64,000 nt of DNA from Dehalococcoidia bacterium. GTDB lineage: Bacteria > Chloroflexota > Dehalococcoidia > Lucifugimonadales > QGNO01. The notes under the pieces were generated by a model, which was given only the letters and a program-made list of their open reading frames with translations, made no database searches and was not told where the DNA came from. This document shows positions 43,132 through 53,215 of the stretch, one piece after another (position 1 is the stretch's first letter; every line of letters starts with the position of its first letter). The position numbers and the translations under genes are program-made. The DNA is taken from assembly GCA_965248955.1 (NCBI GenBank), contig OZ252212.1, positions 66,668 through 130,667 of the forward strand. The letters are read 5' to 3'.

Positions 43132-45290
43132 TGGGGTTGCTGCGACAGATTCTGGCTCTACGCTTTCGACTCTCCACACAGCTTTACGCCGCCATCTGGA
43201 GCGCTGTGGTGCTGACCGTATTCGCCAGCATCGTAAGCTGGTTCTCCTTCAATCAGGTGGGAACCGCCCAGAGCAGGGTCAACGAAGGAACTCTGCCCGA
43301 GGTGGCGGCGGCCTTTGGCGTGGCCCAGTACAGCGGCACCCTCGTGGCGGCTGCTCCGCAGCTGACCACCGCCTCCACTCCCGCCGAGTTCGCCCAGGTG
43401 TCTGACGGCATCCTTGAGGCCTCCGTCCTGTTCGAAGAGCAATTGGCCATACTCGAGGGCCGGTACGTAAAAGAGGCCAGCTTCCAAAGGGTGCGCGCTC
43501 AAGCCGACAATCTCTCCGCTAACATCAATACCATCAGGGCGGAACGCTCAGAGCTCTTCAGATTGCGTGACAGGCGACAGACGTTGGGCGAAGAGTTGAC
43601 CAACCTAAGGAGGCGGTTGGACGACTTTGTGGGGCCCGCCATCGACGACCAGTTCTTCTATACAGTGACCGGATACCGGGTGCTGGGGGAGCCGCCGGCG
43701 CCTCGTTCTGAGCACTTCTCCGAGTTGGAGCTTACTCGGTACCGAAATCTATCGGAACTGCAGGGGAACGCCAACATTGCCACCGAGCTACTGGCCAACG
43801 CCTTCACGCTGAGAGATGCCTCACAGTTGGAGCCGCTGCGGGAGCGGTTCGAGGCCGCAGTCAGCCGCATGAAGGAGAATCTGTCCTCCATAGAGGAATC
43901 ACCGCTATATGGGGACGTGTCCCCGATATTCGAGGATCTCTTTGCCCTGGGAACAGGGGAGGGGAGCGGCTTCGACATCATCGAGCAGGAGCTGCGGCTC
44001 ACGGGGCGCCAGGAGGAACTGCTCGTAAGCAACCGCGACATAGCCGTCGACCTTGTGGTCGGCATCGATGACCTGGTGAGTACGGCTCAAGCCAGCGCCG
44101 ATGAGGCAATCGCCGCCTCTTCCCGGGCTATTCTGACAGGGCGCACGCTTCTCCTCGGCATCACCGGCATCAGCATCGGTGGCGGCGTCCTCATAGCGTG
44201 GCTCTTTGTGGGCCGATGGCTGCTGCAGCGCCTCAAGATGCTGTCGGTCTGGATGCGGCGTATGGCCGGTGGGGACCTGGAGGCGCAGGTAGATATCGGA
44301 GGACATGATGAGGTGGCGGAGATGGCCGCCGCTCTGGAGGTGTTCCGACGCCACGCCCTGGAGGTGCAGCGTCTAAACCTGGTGGAGGAGCTGGCGGAGG
44401 AGCTTCAGGGAAAGAACGAGCAGTTGGAGTCGGTTTTAGGCGAACTGCAGCGAGCCCAGGATCAAATTGTCATGAGAGAAAAGCTGGCCGCCCTGGGTGA
44501 GCTTACGGCGGGAGTGGCCCACGAGATAAGGAACCCGCTGAACTTCGTCAAGAACTTCTCAGAGCTATCAGTAGAGCTTCTTGGTGAGTTGCAAGAGGTG
44601 TTGCAGGAGAACGAGGCTAGCCTAACGGATGAGCAGCGGGGCCTGGTAGAAGAGATCTCCAGGGATATCTCACAGAACCTGGAGCGCATCTCCCATCACG
44701 GCGAACGGGCCAACCGTATAGTGCAGGACATGCTTAGGATGGGCCGCGGCCCAGGAGAACGGCAGCTAACAAATATCAACAATCTGCTGGAAGAGCACGC
44801 CCGGCTGGCTTACCATAGTGCTCGTGCCACTAATCCTGATTTCAATCTAACCATAGAGCAGGACCTGGATCCCGAGATGGGACAGTTGGAGGTGATTTCC
44901 CAGGACATGGGCCGGGTATTCCTCAACATGGTTAGCAATGCCTGCTATGCCACGCATCAGAAACGCCTAGCCGCCGAGCAGTCCGACGGTAAACCATATT
45001 CACCCACCCTGCGGCTGGCGACGAAGCGAGGCGAGGAGTCGGCGGAGATCCAGATCAGGGACAACGGTACCGGTATTCCGCCCGAGGCTATCGATAAGAT
45101 ATTCAACCCGTTCTTTACCACTAAGCCCACCGACCAGGGCACCGGCCTGGGCCTGTCGATGTGCAACGACATTGTGCGCGGACACGGAGGCTCTATCCGA
45201 GTAGAATCGGAGCCTGGAGAGTACACAAATATGATAATCAGTCTGCCGCTGGAGCATCGGGAGGGAGCAGACACTGAACTACAGCAATGA
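43128..45290 (+). CDS. Sensor histidine kinase (two TM helices, large extracytoplasmic domain, HAMP, HisKA, HATPase_c)
   Basis: 720 aa. HAMP (RRMAGGDLEAQVDIGGHDEVAEMAAALEVF), H-box LTAGVAHEIRNPLNFV, N-box NMVSNACYAT, G-boxes DNGTGI and GTGLGLSM. Confidence 0.9.
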   Translation: MMGLLRQILALRFRLSTQLYAAIWSAVVLTVFASIVSWFSFNQVGTAQSRVNEGTLPEVAAAFGVAQYSGTLVAAAPQLTTASTPAEFAQVSDGILEASVLFEEQLAILEGRYVKEASFQRVRAQADNLSANINTIRAERSELFRLRDRRQTLGEELTNLRRRLDDFVGPAIDDQFFYTVTGYRVLGEPPAPRSEHFSELELTRYRNLSELQGNANIATELLANAFTLRDASQLEPLRERFEAAVSRMKENLSSIEESPLYGDVSPIFEDLFALGTGEGSGFDIIEQELRLTGRQEELLVSNRDIAVDLVVGIDDLVSTAQASADEAIAASSRAILTGRTLLLGITGISIGGGVLIAWLFVGRWLLQRLKMLSVWMRRMAGGDLEAQVDIGGHDEVAEMAAALEVFRRHALEVQRLNLVEELAEELQGKNEQLESVLGELQRAQDQIVMREKLAALGELTAGVAHEIRNPLNFVKNFSELSVELLGELQEVLQENEASLTDEQRGLVEEISRDISQNLERISHHGERANRIVQDMLRMGRGPGERQLTNINNLLEEHARLAYHSARATNPDFNLTIEQDLDPEMGQLEVISQDMGRVFLNMVSNACYATHQKRLAAEQSDGKPYSPTLRLATKRGEESAEIQIRDNGTGIPPEAIDKIFNPFFTTKPTDQGTGLGLSMCNDIVRGHGGSIRVESEPGEYTNMIISLPLEHREGADTELQQ

Positions 45291-45371
45291 GAGAATCGGG
45301 GCAACATAATTGTCGTGGTCGTCACCGCGCCAGAGGGCAAGCTGGGAAACTCTTATAGCTGCTGCGACCAC

Positions 45372-46157
45372 TTATCCGGCGGTGCTCCAATCGCTGGCGG
45401 GGGTAATGAGGCCAAAGCCCACGCCTTGCGGCTCCCCCACAAAGGCTATCCGGCCCACGTCCGCTATGTCTGTCGGCGCTAGGTGCACGGCGCCGCCCAG
45501 AGAGATCACCTTCTCAAAGCTGCCGTCCACGTCATCCACATGGAAGTAGACGCTCCAATGGGAGGGTATGTTCATGGCGCGAACCGCTTCCGGGAAGGCC
45601 ATGGTGCCGGCTAGAGGTATTCCATCCCGCATGTATAGGGTGTATTCGTTGCCATCAGGCATGGTGGCCGTTTCGGACTGAACTCCCAGCAGAGAGGTGT
45701 AGAACTGGATCGCAGCTTGTGGATCCGTAGACAGCAGCTCGCACCACCCTATGGCGCCATGTTCGTTCTGGATACCGGCCCCCTTGTGATTCTTGCCCTG
45801 CCAGAGAAACACCGCGCCGCCGCTGGGATCGCTGACGATGGCCGTTCTGCCAAAGTCGAACACGTCAAACGGAGTAACTAGAGCTGAGCCGCCGCAGCTT
45901 TCCACTCTGCCTGCGACCTCATCCACATTGTCCACGGCGATATGTACGTCCCAATGGGGCGGAATGCCTGCCTCCTTCTGATCCGGCGCCTGGGTGTAAA
46001 TGCCAGCCACATACGAACCGTCCTTGATGGCTATGGAGTAGCTGACTTCGCCGCTCTCATCCATTGGGAAATCCTGGTATGTCCACCCAAACAGATTGGA
46101 GTAGAAGGTCTTAGAGACTTCCTGGGCACCCGACCCCAGGTCTGTCCAACACGCCAT
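45372..46157 (-). CDS. VOC (glyoxalase/bleomycin resistance/dioxygenase) family protein, two-domain
   Basis: 261 aa made of two similar halves, each with FY..LFGW/LLGV ... HW.V...VDDVD......GG. Confidence 0.8.
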   Translation of the reverse strand: MACWTDLGSGAQEVSKTFYSNLFGWTYQDFPMDESGEVSYSIAIKDGSYVAGIYTQAPDQKEAGIPPHWDVHIAVDNVDEVAGRVESCGGSALVTPFDVFDFGRTAIVSDPSGGAVFLWQGKNHKGAGIQNEHGAIGWCELLSTDPQAAIQFYTSLLGVQSETATMPDGNEYTLYMRDGIPLAGTMAFPEAVRAMNIPSHWSVYFHVDDVDGSFEKVISLGGAVHLAPTDIADVGRIAFVGEPQGVGFGLITPASDWSTAG

Positions 46158-46260
46158 GCCCTGTGCATATGACTCTATCTTCGTCAGGTTAATACCTACG
46201 CTTCCTTCTGCTTCTTGGACTCCATTGCGGATTGTATCATAGGGGCACGGTATAGCAGTG

Positions 46261-47088
46261 CTACTCCTCTAGCAATGGCACCGCGCCGAGCAGCGGGGCG
46301 TTTTCAAGTCCCGTCTTGAACACCTTCACCTCATTGGAGACCAGCTCAGATTCCAGCACGGGATAGAAGTAATCGTAGCTGTTGCTCACGCCACCTCCCA
46401 GAATAAATGTATCCATCATGAGACTGGCGTGCAACCAGTTCAGAGTCGGCCCTAGAGATTTGCCTATACGCTCAAAGGCCCTGAGTGCTATCTCGTCACC
46501 ATCTTCAACTTTCCGGTAAAGCGTTTCGCCATCTGCTCCGTACAGGGCGGGGAAGCATAATCCGTCGTGTGACTCGGTGCCGCTCCATTCATTGTAGAAC
46601 TCGACGATCACCGGGTGCGGGCCAAGCATCCCCTCTACAAGGCGGCCATTCTGAACAACACCTACGCCCGTTCCTGAGCCAAGCGACACAGCGACAAAGT
46701 CCTTGTACGTTTGCCCCTCGCCGAATCGCATCACTCCCAGTGCAAACAGGTTGGCATCCGTGGTAATGCGAGTGGGTACGCCTATTTCATTTTCCAGGAG
46801 GAACCCCAAAGGAAAGCGGTGCAGGCTTGGAAACGGGGTGTTTAGGGTGAGCAGCACGCCGTTTTTGAAGTCGCCGTAAGCTGGGAAGCCCACGCCCACA
46901 CCAGCTAGGTCTTCACCCCGGAACGGCTCCAATGCACTGGCTATGTCCTTCAGGACCTGCTCCCGCGTACCGCCGCGGTGGCTGTCCACGGCATAGTAGC
47001 CTAGAACCTCGCCTTCACTAGTGACAAGACCAGCCTTGGTTGAAATTCCGCCTATGTCCAGAGCAAGGTATTTCCTATTAATCTTCAT
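46261..47088 (-). CDS. ROK family sugar kinase
   Basis: MKINRKYLALDIGGISTKAGLV N-terminal ATPase motif from ATG 47088, LGSGTGVGVV, and ROK-like length. The ORF-track start 47262 adds a non-homologous extension. Confidence 0.8.
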   Translation of the reverse strand: MKINRKYLALDIGGISTKAGLVTSEGEVLGYYAVDSHRGGTREQVLKDIASALEPFRGEDLAGVGVGFPAYGDFKNGVLLTLNTPFPSLHRFPLGFLLENEIGVPTRITTDANLFALGVMRFGEGQTYKDFVAVSLGSGTGVGVVQNGRLVEGMLGPHPVIVEFYNEWSGTESHDGLCFPALYGADGETLYRKVEDGDEIALRAFERIGKSLGPTLNWLHASLMMDTFILGGGVSNSYDYFYPVLESELVSNEVKVFKTGLENAPLLGAVPLLEE

Positions 47089-47222
47089 TGGAGCTACATT
47101 TTCGCACATTAGTGGGCTTAGCGTATCACGTCGCTTTACTGATAGGTTACCATCAGGTACAAAGTGCATTACCTGGCAATTTCCAATATCACCGGCGCAT
47201 TCAGATTTGGAGGCGTGTCCAG

Positions 47223-49283
47223 TTGGCAAACTATGCGCTCGCCATAGACGTAGGCGGCACATTCACTGACGTTGTGCTGTCCAACTTGGATACGGGCGAG
47301 TTCCATTTGGTGAAGGCGCCTTCCACGCCCACCGACCCTTCTCTGGGATTCATGGAAGGTCTGCGTAAGGTATTGGACGACTCGGGAATTCATAGTGCCA
47401 GCCTGCGCCGTATCTTCCACGGCACCACTATAGCCACCAATGCTATCCTGGAGGGTAAGGGCACCACCGTAGGCTTGATTGTTTCCGAGGGGTTCAAGTA
47501 TGTCCTGGAAATAGCCAGGCAGGGGATGCCCCGCCTAGCCAGCACTCACGTCTGGGTCAAGCCGGAGCGTCCGGTCCCTCCTGAGCGTATATTTGAAGTG
47601 GCGGAGCGCATAGACTTCACCGGGGAGACCGTTGTTCCCCTGGACGAGGAGGCCGTGCTGAGCTCGGCGCGCCACTTTGCCGGCGCCGGTATAGATTCGA
47701 TAGCCATTTCTTTCGTCCATTCTTATGCGGATAGCACCAACGAACGCCGGGCAAGGGATTTGGTCATGGCGGGCCATCCTCAAGCCCACGTGTCCCTATC
47801 TTCAGAGGTACTTCCAGTATTCAGAGAATACGAGCGCACAATGACCACGGTTCTAAACGCTTACGTCATGCCGCAGGTTAGCCACTACGTCAAGAAATTG
47901 GACGGCGGATTGAAAGAGAGGGGGATAGACGCTCCATTGCTCATCATGAAGTCCAGTGGCGGCGTAATAGGGGCAGAAACGGCTGTACACCAGCCGGTGT
48001 ATACCGCGCTTTCCGGCCCGGCCGCCGGGGTCATGGCGGCACGACACTTTGGACAAATTACGGGCTTCAAAGATGTCATCTCCCTGGATATGGGGGGCAC
48101 CAGTACAGACGTGTCCCTGATATCGGATTACAATGTCACGTCGACCACGGAAGGAAGGCTGGGCGACTGGCCAATGCATCTGCCAATGGTGGATATAGCG
48201 ACCATCGGAGCAGGCGGAGGCAGCATTGCCTGGCTGACCCAATCTGGGAATCTATCGCTGGGGCCGCACAGCGCCGGGGCCAACCCGGGGCCGGTTTGCT
48301 ATGGCCATGGAGGCGCCGAGCCCACACTGACCGATGCCAACCTGGCGCTTGGGCGTATAAACACTAGCATTGCGGGAGGCGCGGTGGCCTTGGATCTCGA
48401 CGCCGCAAGAGACGCCCTTCAGGAGAAGGTAGCCGCGCCGCTGGGTTTGAGCCTGGAGGAAGCGGCCAGCGGAATCACCATGATAGCGAACAACTCCATG
48501 ATGGGCGCCATACGTAACGTGAGCGTCGAGAGGGGCTACGATCCCAGGGAATTCACACTGATAGCGTTTGGCGGGGCAGGTCCAATGCATGCAGTGGGTG
48601 TGGCGCATCTGCTGGGCATCCCCAACGTCGTGGTGCCCAGGAACCCAGGCGTTTCCTCCGCCTACGGCCTACTGGTGGCGGACTTCAAGAACGACTATGC
48701 CCGCACCTTCATCCAAAAGCCTCCCGATTATGACCTGGAAGCCATGGAAAAGGTGTACAGGGAGCTGGAAGAGGAGGCCCTCTACTGGCTGGACCAGGAA
48801 GGTGTGCCACAACAGGGCCGCTCCCTAATGCGCTCCGCGGATATGCGCTACACCCACCAGGGATTTGAAGTGGCCACGGACCTCAAGGGCGGCTCCGTTG
48901 ACAAAAAGTCCATTGAAGGTTTGCTGCACGAATTTCACCGCAGGCACAAGCAGCTATTCGGGTTCTCACTGGACCAGCCGGTGGAGGTAATCACCCTCCG
49001 GGTATCTGCGGTGGGTACGCTGGGGGCTGCCCGGATGCCCCGGCTCACGGGGAAGCCCGTTCCGGCGAAAAAAGCGGTCAAGGAGCAGAGGCCGGTCTTC
49101 TTCCAGGAGCTAGGCACGCCGGTGCTCTGTGATATCTTCAAACGGGGGCTCCTCTCGCCGGACTCCATTGTACAAGGCCCTTCAATCCTGGAGGGCATGG
49201 ATTCCACTGTGGTGATAAACCCCGGTTGGCAGGGACGGATAGATGAATATGGCAACTGTATACTCCAAGCCGTGCCGGGTTGA
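47223..49283 (+). CDS. Hydantoinase/oxoprolinase family protein, A (beta-type) subunit
   Basis: ALAIDVGGTFTDVVL N-terminus, DMGGTSTDVSLI, ATIGAGGGSIAW. Probable TTG start at 47223 with a GGAGG SD 9 nt upstream. Confidence 0.88.
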   Translation: MANYALAIDVGGTFTDVVLSNLDTGEFHLVKAPSTPTDPSLGFMEGLRKVLDDSGIHSASLRRIFHGTTIATNAILEGKGTTVGLIVSEGFKYVLEIARQGMPRLASTHVWVKPERPVPPERIFEVAERIDFTGETVVPLDEEAVLSSARHFAGAGIDSIAISFVHSYADSTNERRARDLVMAGHPQAHVSLSSEVLPVFREYERTMTTVLNAYVMPQVSHYVKKLDGGLKERGIDAPLLIMKSSGGVIGAETAVHQPVYTALSGPAAGVMAARHFGQITGFKDVISLDMGGTSTDVSLISDYNVTSTTEGRLGDWPMHLPMVDIATIGAGGGSIAWLTQSGNLSLGPHSAGANPGPVCYGHGGAEPTLTDANLALGRINTSIAGGAVALDLDAARDALQEKVAAPLGLSLEEAASGITMIANNSMMGAIRNVSVERGYDPREFTLIAFGGAGPMHAVGVAHLLGIPNVVVPRNPGVSSAYGLLVADFKNDYARTFIQKPPDYDLEAMEKVYRELEEEALYWLDQEGVPQQGRSLMRSADMRYTHQGFEVATDLKGGSVDKKSIEGLLHEFHRRHKQLFGFSLDQPVEVITLRVSAVGTLGAARMPRLTGKPVPAKKAVKEQRPVFFQELGTPVLCDIFKRGLLSPDSIVQGPSILEGMDSTVVINPGWQGRIDEYGNCILQAVPG

Positions 49284-49289
49284 TGGCGT

Positions 49290-51110
49290 ATGACAACCTC
49301 CAACACCGTTGATTCCATAACTCGTGAGCTCATCAGGGGCTCATTGAAGGCGTCTCGACAAGAGTGCGAGATCCTCATCGAACGCACGTCCATGTCCGCC
49401 TTCATCCGGGAGAAGAAGGACTACCTGATCAGCTTTTGCGATAGCCGGGGAAAATCGGTCTACGGTACAGACCAGGGCTCCGACCTCATCGACTGCGTAT
49501 GGGACTACTACCCGCAAGAGAGCATGAAACCGGGCGACCTCTACTGGTATAACGATCCCTATATCTCAGACGGCGCAATATCGCACACGCCAGATATGGT
49601 TTTCATAACCCCGGTCTTCATGGATGGAGAATTGGTAGCGTTCTGCTACTCTTGGGCTCATTTCTGGGACCTGGGAGGCAGCCGCCCCGGCAGCATTGGC
49701 CCCGCCAATACCGAGATATTCCACGACGGCACGTTGGTGCCGCCCATCAAAATCGTTGACCAGGGCAGACTGAACGAAGAAGCCTATCGCATCATTCTAA
49801 GAAACTCCCGTTACCCGGATCTCCTGGAGGGGGACACGCAGGCACTGATGTCCGCTGCCGGCCTGGCAGAGCGCCGCATCCTGGAGATGTTCCATCGCTT
49901 CGGCAGAGAAACCATGCTGGCCGCATTCCGTTATTTCCAGGAAGAAACGGGAAGCTTCGTGCGTCGGAAGATGCTCGAGCTTGTCCCTGAAGGTGAGTAC
50001 TCCTTCCGCGATTACATGGATACCGATGGGGTAGGGGAGCAGTGGCATTCGCTCAATGTGAAGCTGACTCGCCAAGGGGAAAAGGTGGTAGCCGACACCA
50101 GCGCCAGTGATGATCAGGTTCCCGGCTCCATCAACTTCATCATGTCGAAGGTCGTGCTCAAGTCGTGGTACGGCCTGTATCTCTCTAGCTTTGATCCATC
50201 CCTGCTCATGAATGAGGGGCTGCTGGCCTGTGTAGATGACGTTGTGATCAGGGACGGCAGCATCTTGCATCCAAAATGGCCCGCCGCATTGGGCTGCCGT
50301 GCGCATACCTTCGGCAAGCTGAAAGACGCCATTGTGGGAACCATTGCCCAGGCTTCCCAGGGACGGGTAATGGCGGCCACCGCCGTTTACGTGATTGCCT
50401 ACTGGCGTATGAAAGACCCAGTCACGGGAGAGTGGATATTGTGCACGGACGGCATTGCCGTAGGGCATGGCGCCAGGCCGTTTGCAGACGGCCTGGATGC
50501 CATCTACAACGTGCACAACCAGAACTACCCCGCCGAGTTCATGGACATGGAATACCCTCTACGCGTAGAAAGATATGCTTTGAATCCGGATTCCGGGGGG
50601 CCTGGTAAATACAGGGGAGGGTGCGGCATTGTCAGGGATGTCAGGCTGCTTGCGCCGGAAGGCACCTTTGGGTTGCGTGTAGAGTGCAATCGCTTTCCCG
50701 CCTGGGGCGTCGCCGGAGGTATGGCGGGCGGTACGTCCAGAGTCGTTATGAATCCAAGCACCCCGCAGGAGAAGGAAGTACGACCGTTTTCCGACGACAA
50801 TAGATGGTACGCGGGAGACATGGTGCGCATCTATAGCGCCGGCGGCGGCGGATGGGGCGACCCGTTGGAACGGGACATAGCCCTGGTAGAGAAGGACGTG
50901 CGAGGTGGTTTCGTTACCCTGGAAGGTGCGCTGCGGAACTATGGAGTGGTCATAGACCCGGTGACATTGAAGGCCGACGTGCCAGGTTCGGAGGCTAAAC
51001 GAAAAGACCTAAGGAGAAGACGAGGCGAGACCAAGATGTTCCATCGCTTCATCTACTTCGACGAGGAACAAGAGGAACGGGAGTGGGTTGAACGCAATAT
51101 GCCGCGCTAG
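49290..51110 (+). CDS. Hydantoinase B/oxoprolinase family protein
   Basis: 606 aa. DSITRELIRGSL..ECE.LIERTSMSAFIRE.KDY, NDPY.SDGAISHTPD, GGPGKYRGGCGIVRD. Confidence 0.9.
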   Translation: MTTSNTVDSITRELIRGSLKASRQECEILIERTSMSAFIREKKDYLISFCDSRGKSVYGTDQGSDLIDCVWDYYPQESMKPGDLYWYNDPYISDGAISHTPDMVFITPVFMDGELVAFCYSWAHFWDLGGSRPGSIGPANTEIFHDGTLVPPIKIVDQGRLNEEAYRIILRNSRYPDLLEGDTQALMSAAGLAERRILEMFHRFGRETMLAAFRYFQEETGSFVRRKMLELVPEGEYSFRDYMDTDGVGEQWHSLNVKLTRQGEKVVADTSASDDQVPGSINFIMSKVVLKSWYGLYLSSFDPSLLMNEGLLACVDDVVIRDGSILHPKWPAALGCRAHTFGKLKDAIVGTIAQASQGRVMAATAVYVIAYWRMKDPVTGEWILCTDGIAVGHGARPFADGLDAIYNVHNQNYPAEFMDMEYPLRVERYALNPDSGGPGKYRGGCGIVRDVRLLAPEGTFGLRVECNRFPAWGVAGGMAGGTSRVVMNPSTPQEKEVRPFSDDNRWYAGDMVRIYSAGGGGWGDPLERDIALVEKDVRGGFVTLEGALRNYGVVIDPVTLKADVPGSEAKRKDLRRRRGETKMFHRFIYFDEEQEEREWVERNMPR

Positions 51111-51119
51111 TCGCTAGCG

Positions 51120-51887
51120 TTAAACCGTCCGCTTTTCAGCCACCACAATCATGCGGCGCGTGTCTATTGAATAGGACTCCCCATCGAAGCCGCCGTAAGC
51201 GTCCACAAAGGCAAGTCCCGCCTTTCGGAGCAGAGCCAGCGTTTCGGTTAATGTGTACAGGCGTATGTGGTGGCCCACCGTCTCTTTGCGGCTGCCGTCA
51301 GGCTTGATGATTGTAAAGGTAACGTGGTTACGGCTGGTGACAAGGTCCAGCTCCCGGTGCTCCAGGTAAAGGCTGCCATCCTCGCTTTGACGCCAGTCGG
51401 ACTGGTCGTAATTGCTGACCACCCATTCACGATTGATCATATCAATCAGAACACGCCCGCCGGGTTTAAGCGCCTCCCTGACGGCCTTCAGCACCTTCAG
51501 GTTCTCCTCGTCCGATTCCAGGTAGCCAAAGGCGCTGAACATGTTGATCACCGCGTCAAAGTGATCTTTGAACGGGATGTCACGCATGTCTTTGCGCAGC
51601 AGGTCAAGATGAACGCCCTGTTCCTTTGCGCTCTGTCCGGCCTGCTCCAGGTATTCCTGGCTGAGGTCCTGGCCGGTAACGTTCAGCCCATGGCTGGCCA
51701 AAAGAACGCTATGCCTGCCATGCCCGCAGCACAGGTCCAGGAGACGGCTATTTGAGGAAAGGCCAAGCGTCCGCTCCACAAATAGCACCTCTTTTTCCGT
51801 GCGTTCCCTGGTGAAGGTGTGGCCATAGGCTTCCTGGTAGTCACCGCCAAAAAAGTCAACGTACCAAGGAGTATTGGAATCGTTCAT
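51120..51887 (-). CDS. Class I SAM-dependent methyltransferase
   Basis: LLDLCCGHGRHSVLLA (motif I) and ALKPGGRVLI. Start chosen at ATG 51887 (MNDSNTPWYVDFF); the ORF-track start 51953 is possible. Confidence 0.8.
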   Translation of the reverse strand: MNDSNTPWYVDFFGGDYQEAYGHTFTRERTEKEVLFVERTLGLSSNSRLLDLCCGHGRHSVLLASHGLNVTGQDLSQEYLEQAGQSAKEQGVHLDLLRKDMRDIPFKDHFDAVINMFSAFGYLESDEENLKVLKAVREALKPGGRVLIDMINREWVVSNYDQSDWRQSEDGSLYLEHRELDLVTSRNHVTFTIIKPDGSRKETVGHHIRLYTLTETLALLRKAGLAFVDAYGGFDGESYSIDTRRMIVVAEKRTV

Positions 51888-52018
51888 ACCACTCTCTAAG
51901 TTCGTGTTGCCAACAATCTTAACAGCCCAGTAAAGCATCTCATCACCTGCCATGGCTGTAGTACAATGGCTTTTACCGTTGCCGGCGAAATCATTACGAG
52001 AACCGGGTAAGGTACCGA

Positions 52019-52783
52019 ATGCTTTCTTTGAAGGGAAAATCAGTCCTAATCATAGGGACTAGGCGGATAGGAGCCGTGGTAACAAGGCGGCTGGCACAGG
52101 AAGGCATCAACTTGGCCATCGCCTATCGAAGGTCTATAGCTGAAGCTCAGCGCTTGCAAAATGAGGTGGCGTCTCAGGTGGAGAAAGCGCTCTTGGTCCA
52201 GGGAGACGTCAATCTCGAAGCGGACGTGCGGCGCATGACAAGCCAGGTTGCGGAGGAGCTGGGAGGCCTATGGTTTGTGATCAACCTAGCCTCCGATTAC
52301 CCAAGGGCATCCTTCGACGCTCTGAATGGAGAGGCTTGGGATGAGGCCATGGCCGGCGCAAAAGGCTCCTACCTGCTGGCCGTATACGGGGCTCGCCGGA
52401 TGATGAACAACACCGGCGATACCAAAGGTCATATACTGATGTTCAGCGACTGGGCAGCAGGGGAGACGCCATATCTGAACTATCTTCCCTATCTGACGGC
52501 CAAGGCATCCATTGGCTTCATGACCAGGGTCTTTGCGGCTGAACTTGCCGGGCATGGCATCCTGGTCAACAGCATTGCACCGGGGCCCACAATGAGGCCA
52601 CCTGAGATCTCTGAAGAAGCGTGGGCCAAGGAAGTTATTGCCAGCACACCCCTGAAGAGAGAATCGGCGGTGGACGAGATCGCTGAGACGATAGTCGCAC
52701 TTCTCAAGAGCGAGACCATAACCGGCGAGACTATCCGCGTCGATGCGGGTAGGCATCTGGCCGGCCCTGGCGTCGAAGGATAG
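52019..52783 (+). CDS. SDR family oxidoreductase, FolM/pteridine-reductase-like
   Basis: 254 aa. VLIIGTRRIGAVV (xGxxRRIG variant seen in FolM/PTR1 as I recall), YLTAKAS catalytic YxxxK, C-terminal DAGRHL. Adjacent to queD/queC/folE. Confidence 0.8.
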   Translation: MLSLKGKSVLIIGTRRIGAVVTRRLAQEGINLAIAYRRSIAEAQRLQNEVASQVEKALLVQGDVNLEADVRRMTSQVAEELGGLWFVINLASDYPRASFDALNGEAWDEAMAGAKGSYLLAVYGARRMMNNTGDTKGHILMFSDWAAGETPYLNYLPYLTAKASIGFMTRVFAAELAGHGILVNSIAPGPTMRPPEISEEAWAKEVIASTPLKRESAVDEIAETIVALLKSETITGETIRVDAGRHLAGPGVEG

Positions 52784-52792
52784 GAGGAAGCT

Positions 52793-53215
52793 GTGCTCCA
52801 CAAGGTGGTGAAGACGATTGATTTTTGCTACGGACACCGGTTGCTGGATTACCAGGGCAAGTGCCGTCATCTCCATGGGCACAACGGCTTGCTGGAGGTG
52901 GAAATAGAGTCGGACTCCCTGGACCACAGGGGTATGGTCATGGATTTCAATGACCTGCGCGGAGTGGTGAAAGATTGGGTTGATAGGAACCTGGACCACA
53001 AGATGCTGCTCCACAAGGATGACCCCGTGGCCGCCCTTCTTTCTGAAATGGGCGAACCGTTTTATCCAATGGATGACAACCCCACTGCGGAGAACATCTT
53101 GAAGCACATATATCGGCAGGTGCGAAAAGAAGGCCTGATGGTTTCAGAGATGCGGTTGTGGGAAACACCCTCAAGCTACGCCAGCTACCGCGAGGAGCAA
53201 GAGTGGAACGAATAG
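52793..53215 (+). CDS. queD: 6-carboxy-5,6,7,8-tetrahydropterin synthase (6-pyruvoyl-tetrahydropterin synthase family)
   Basis: 140 aa. FCYGHRL..YQGKCRHLHGHN zinc/catalytic motif and DHKMLL. Confidence 0.88.
   Translation: MLHKVVKTIDFCYGHRLLDYQGKCRHLHGHNGLLEVEIESDSLDHRGMVMDFNDLRGVVKDWVDRNLDHKMLLHKDDPVAALLSEMGEPFYPMDDNPTAENILKHIYRQVRKEGLMVSEMRLWETPSSYASYREEQEWNE

Noticed and set aside
52286-53107. 273-aa minus-strand ORF opposite the SDR and queD genes. Similar long antisense or alternate-frame ORFs occur at 58296..59393, 62550..63425, 18160..18957, 49797..50516 and 5804..6349.
   Set aside because: Each lies antisense to, or in an alternative frame of, a gene with strong family motifs. None shows motifs of its own.
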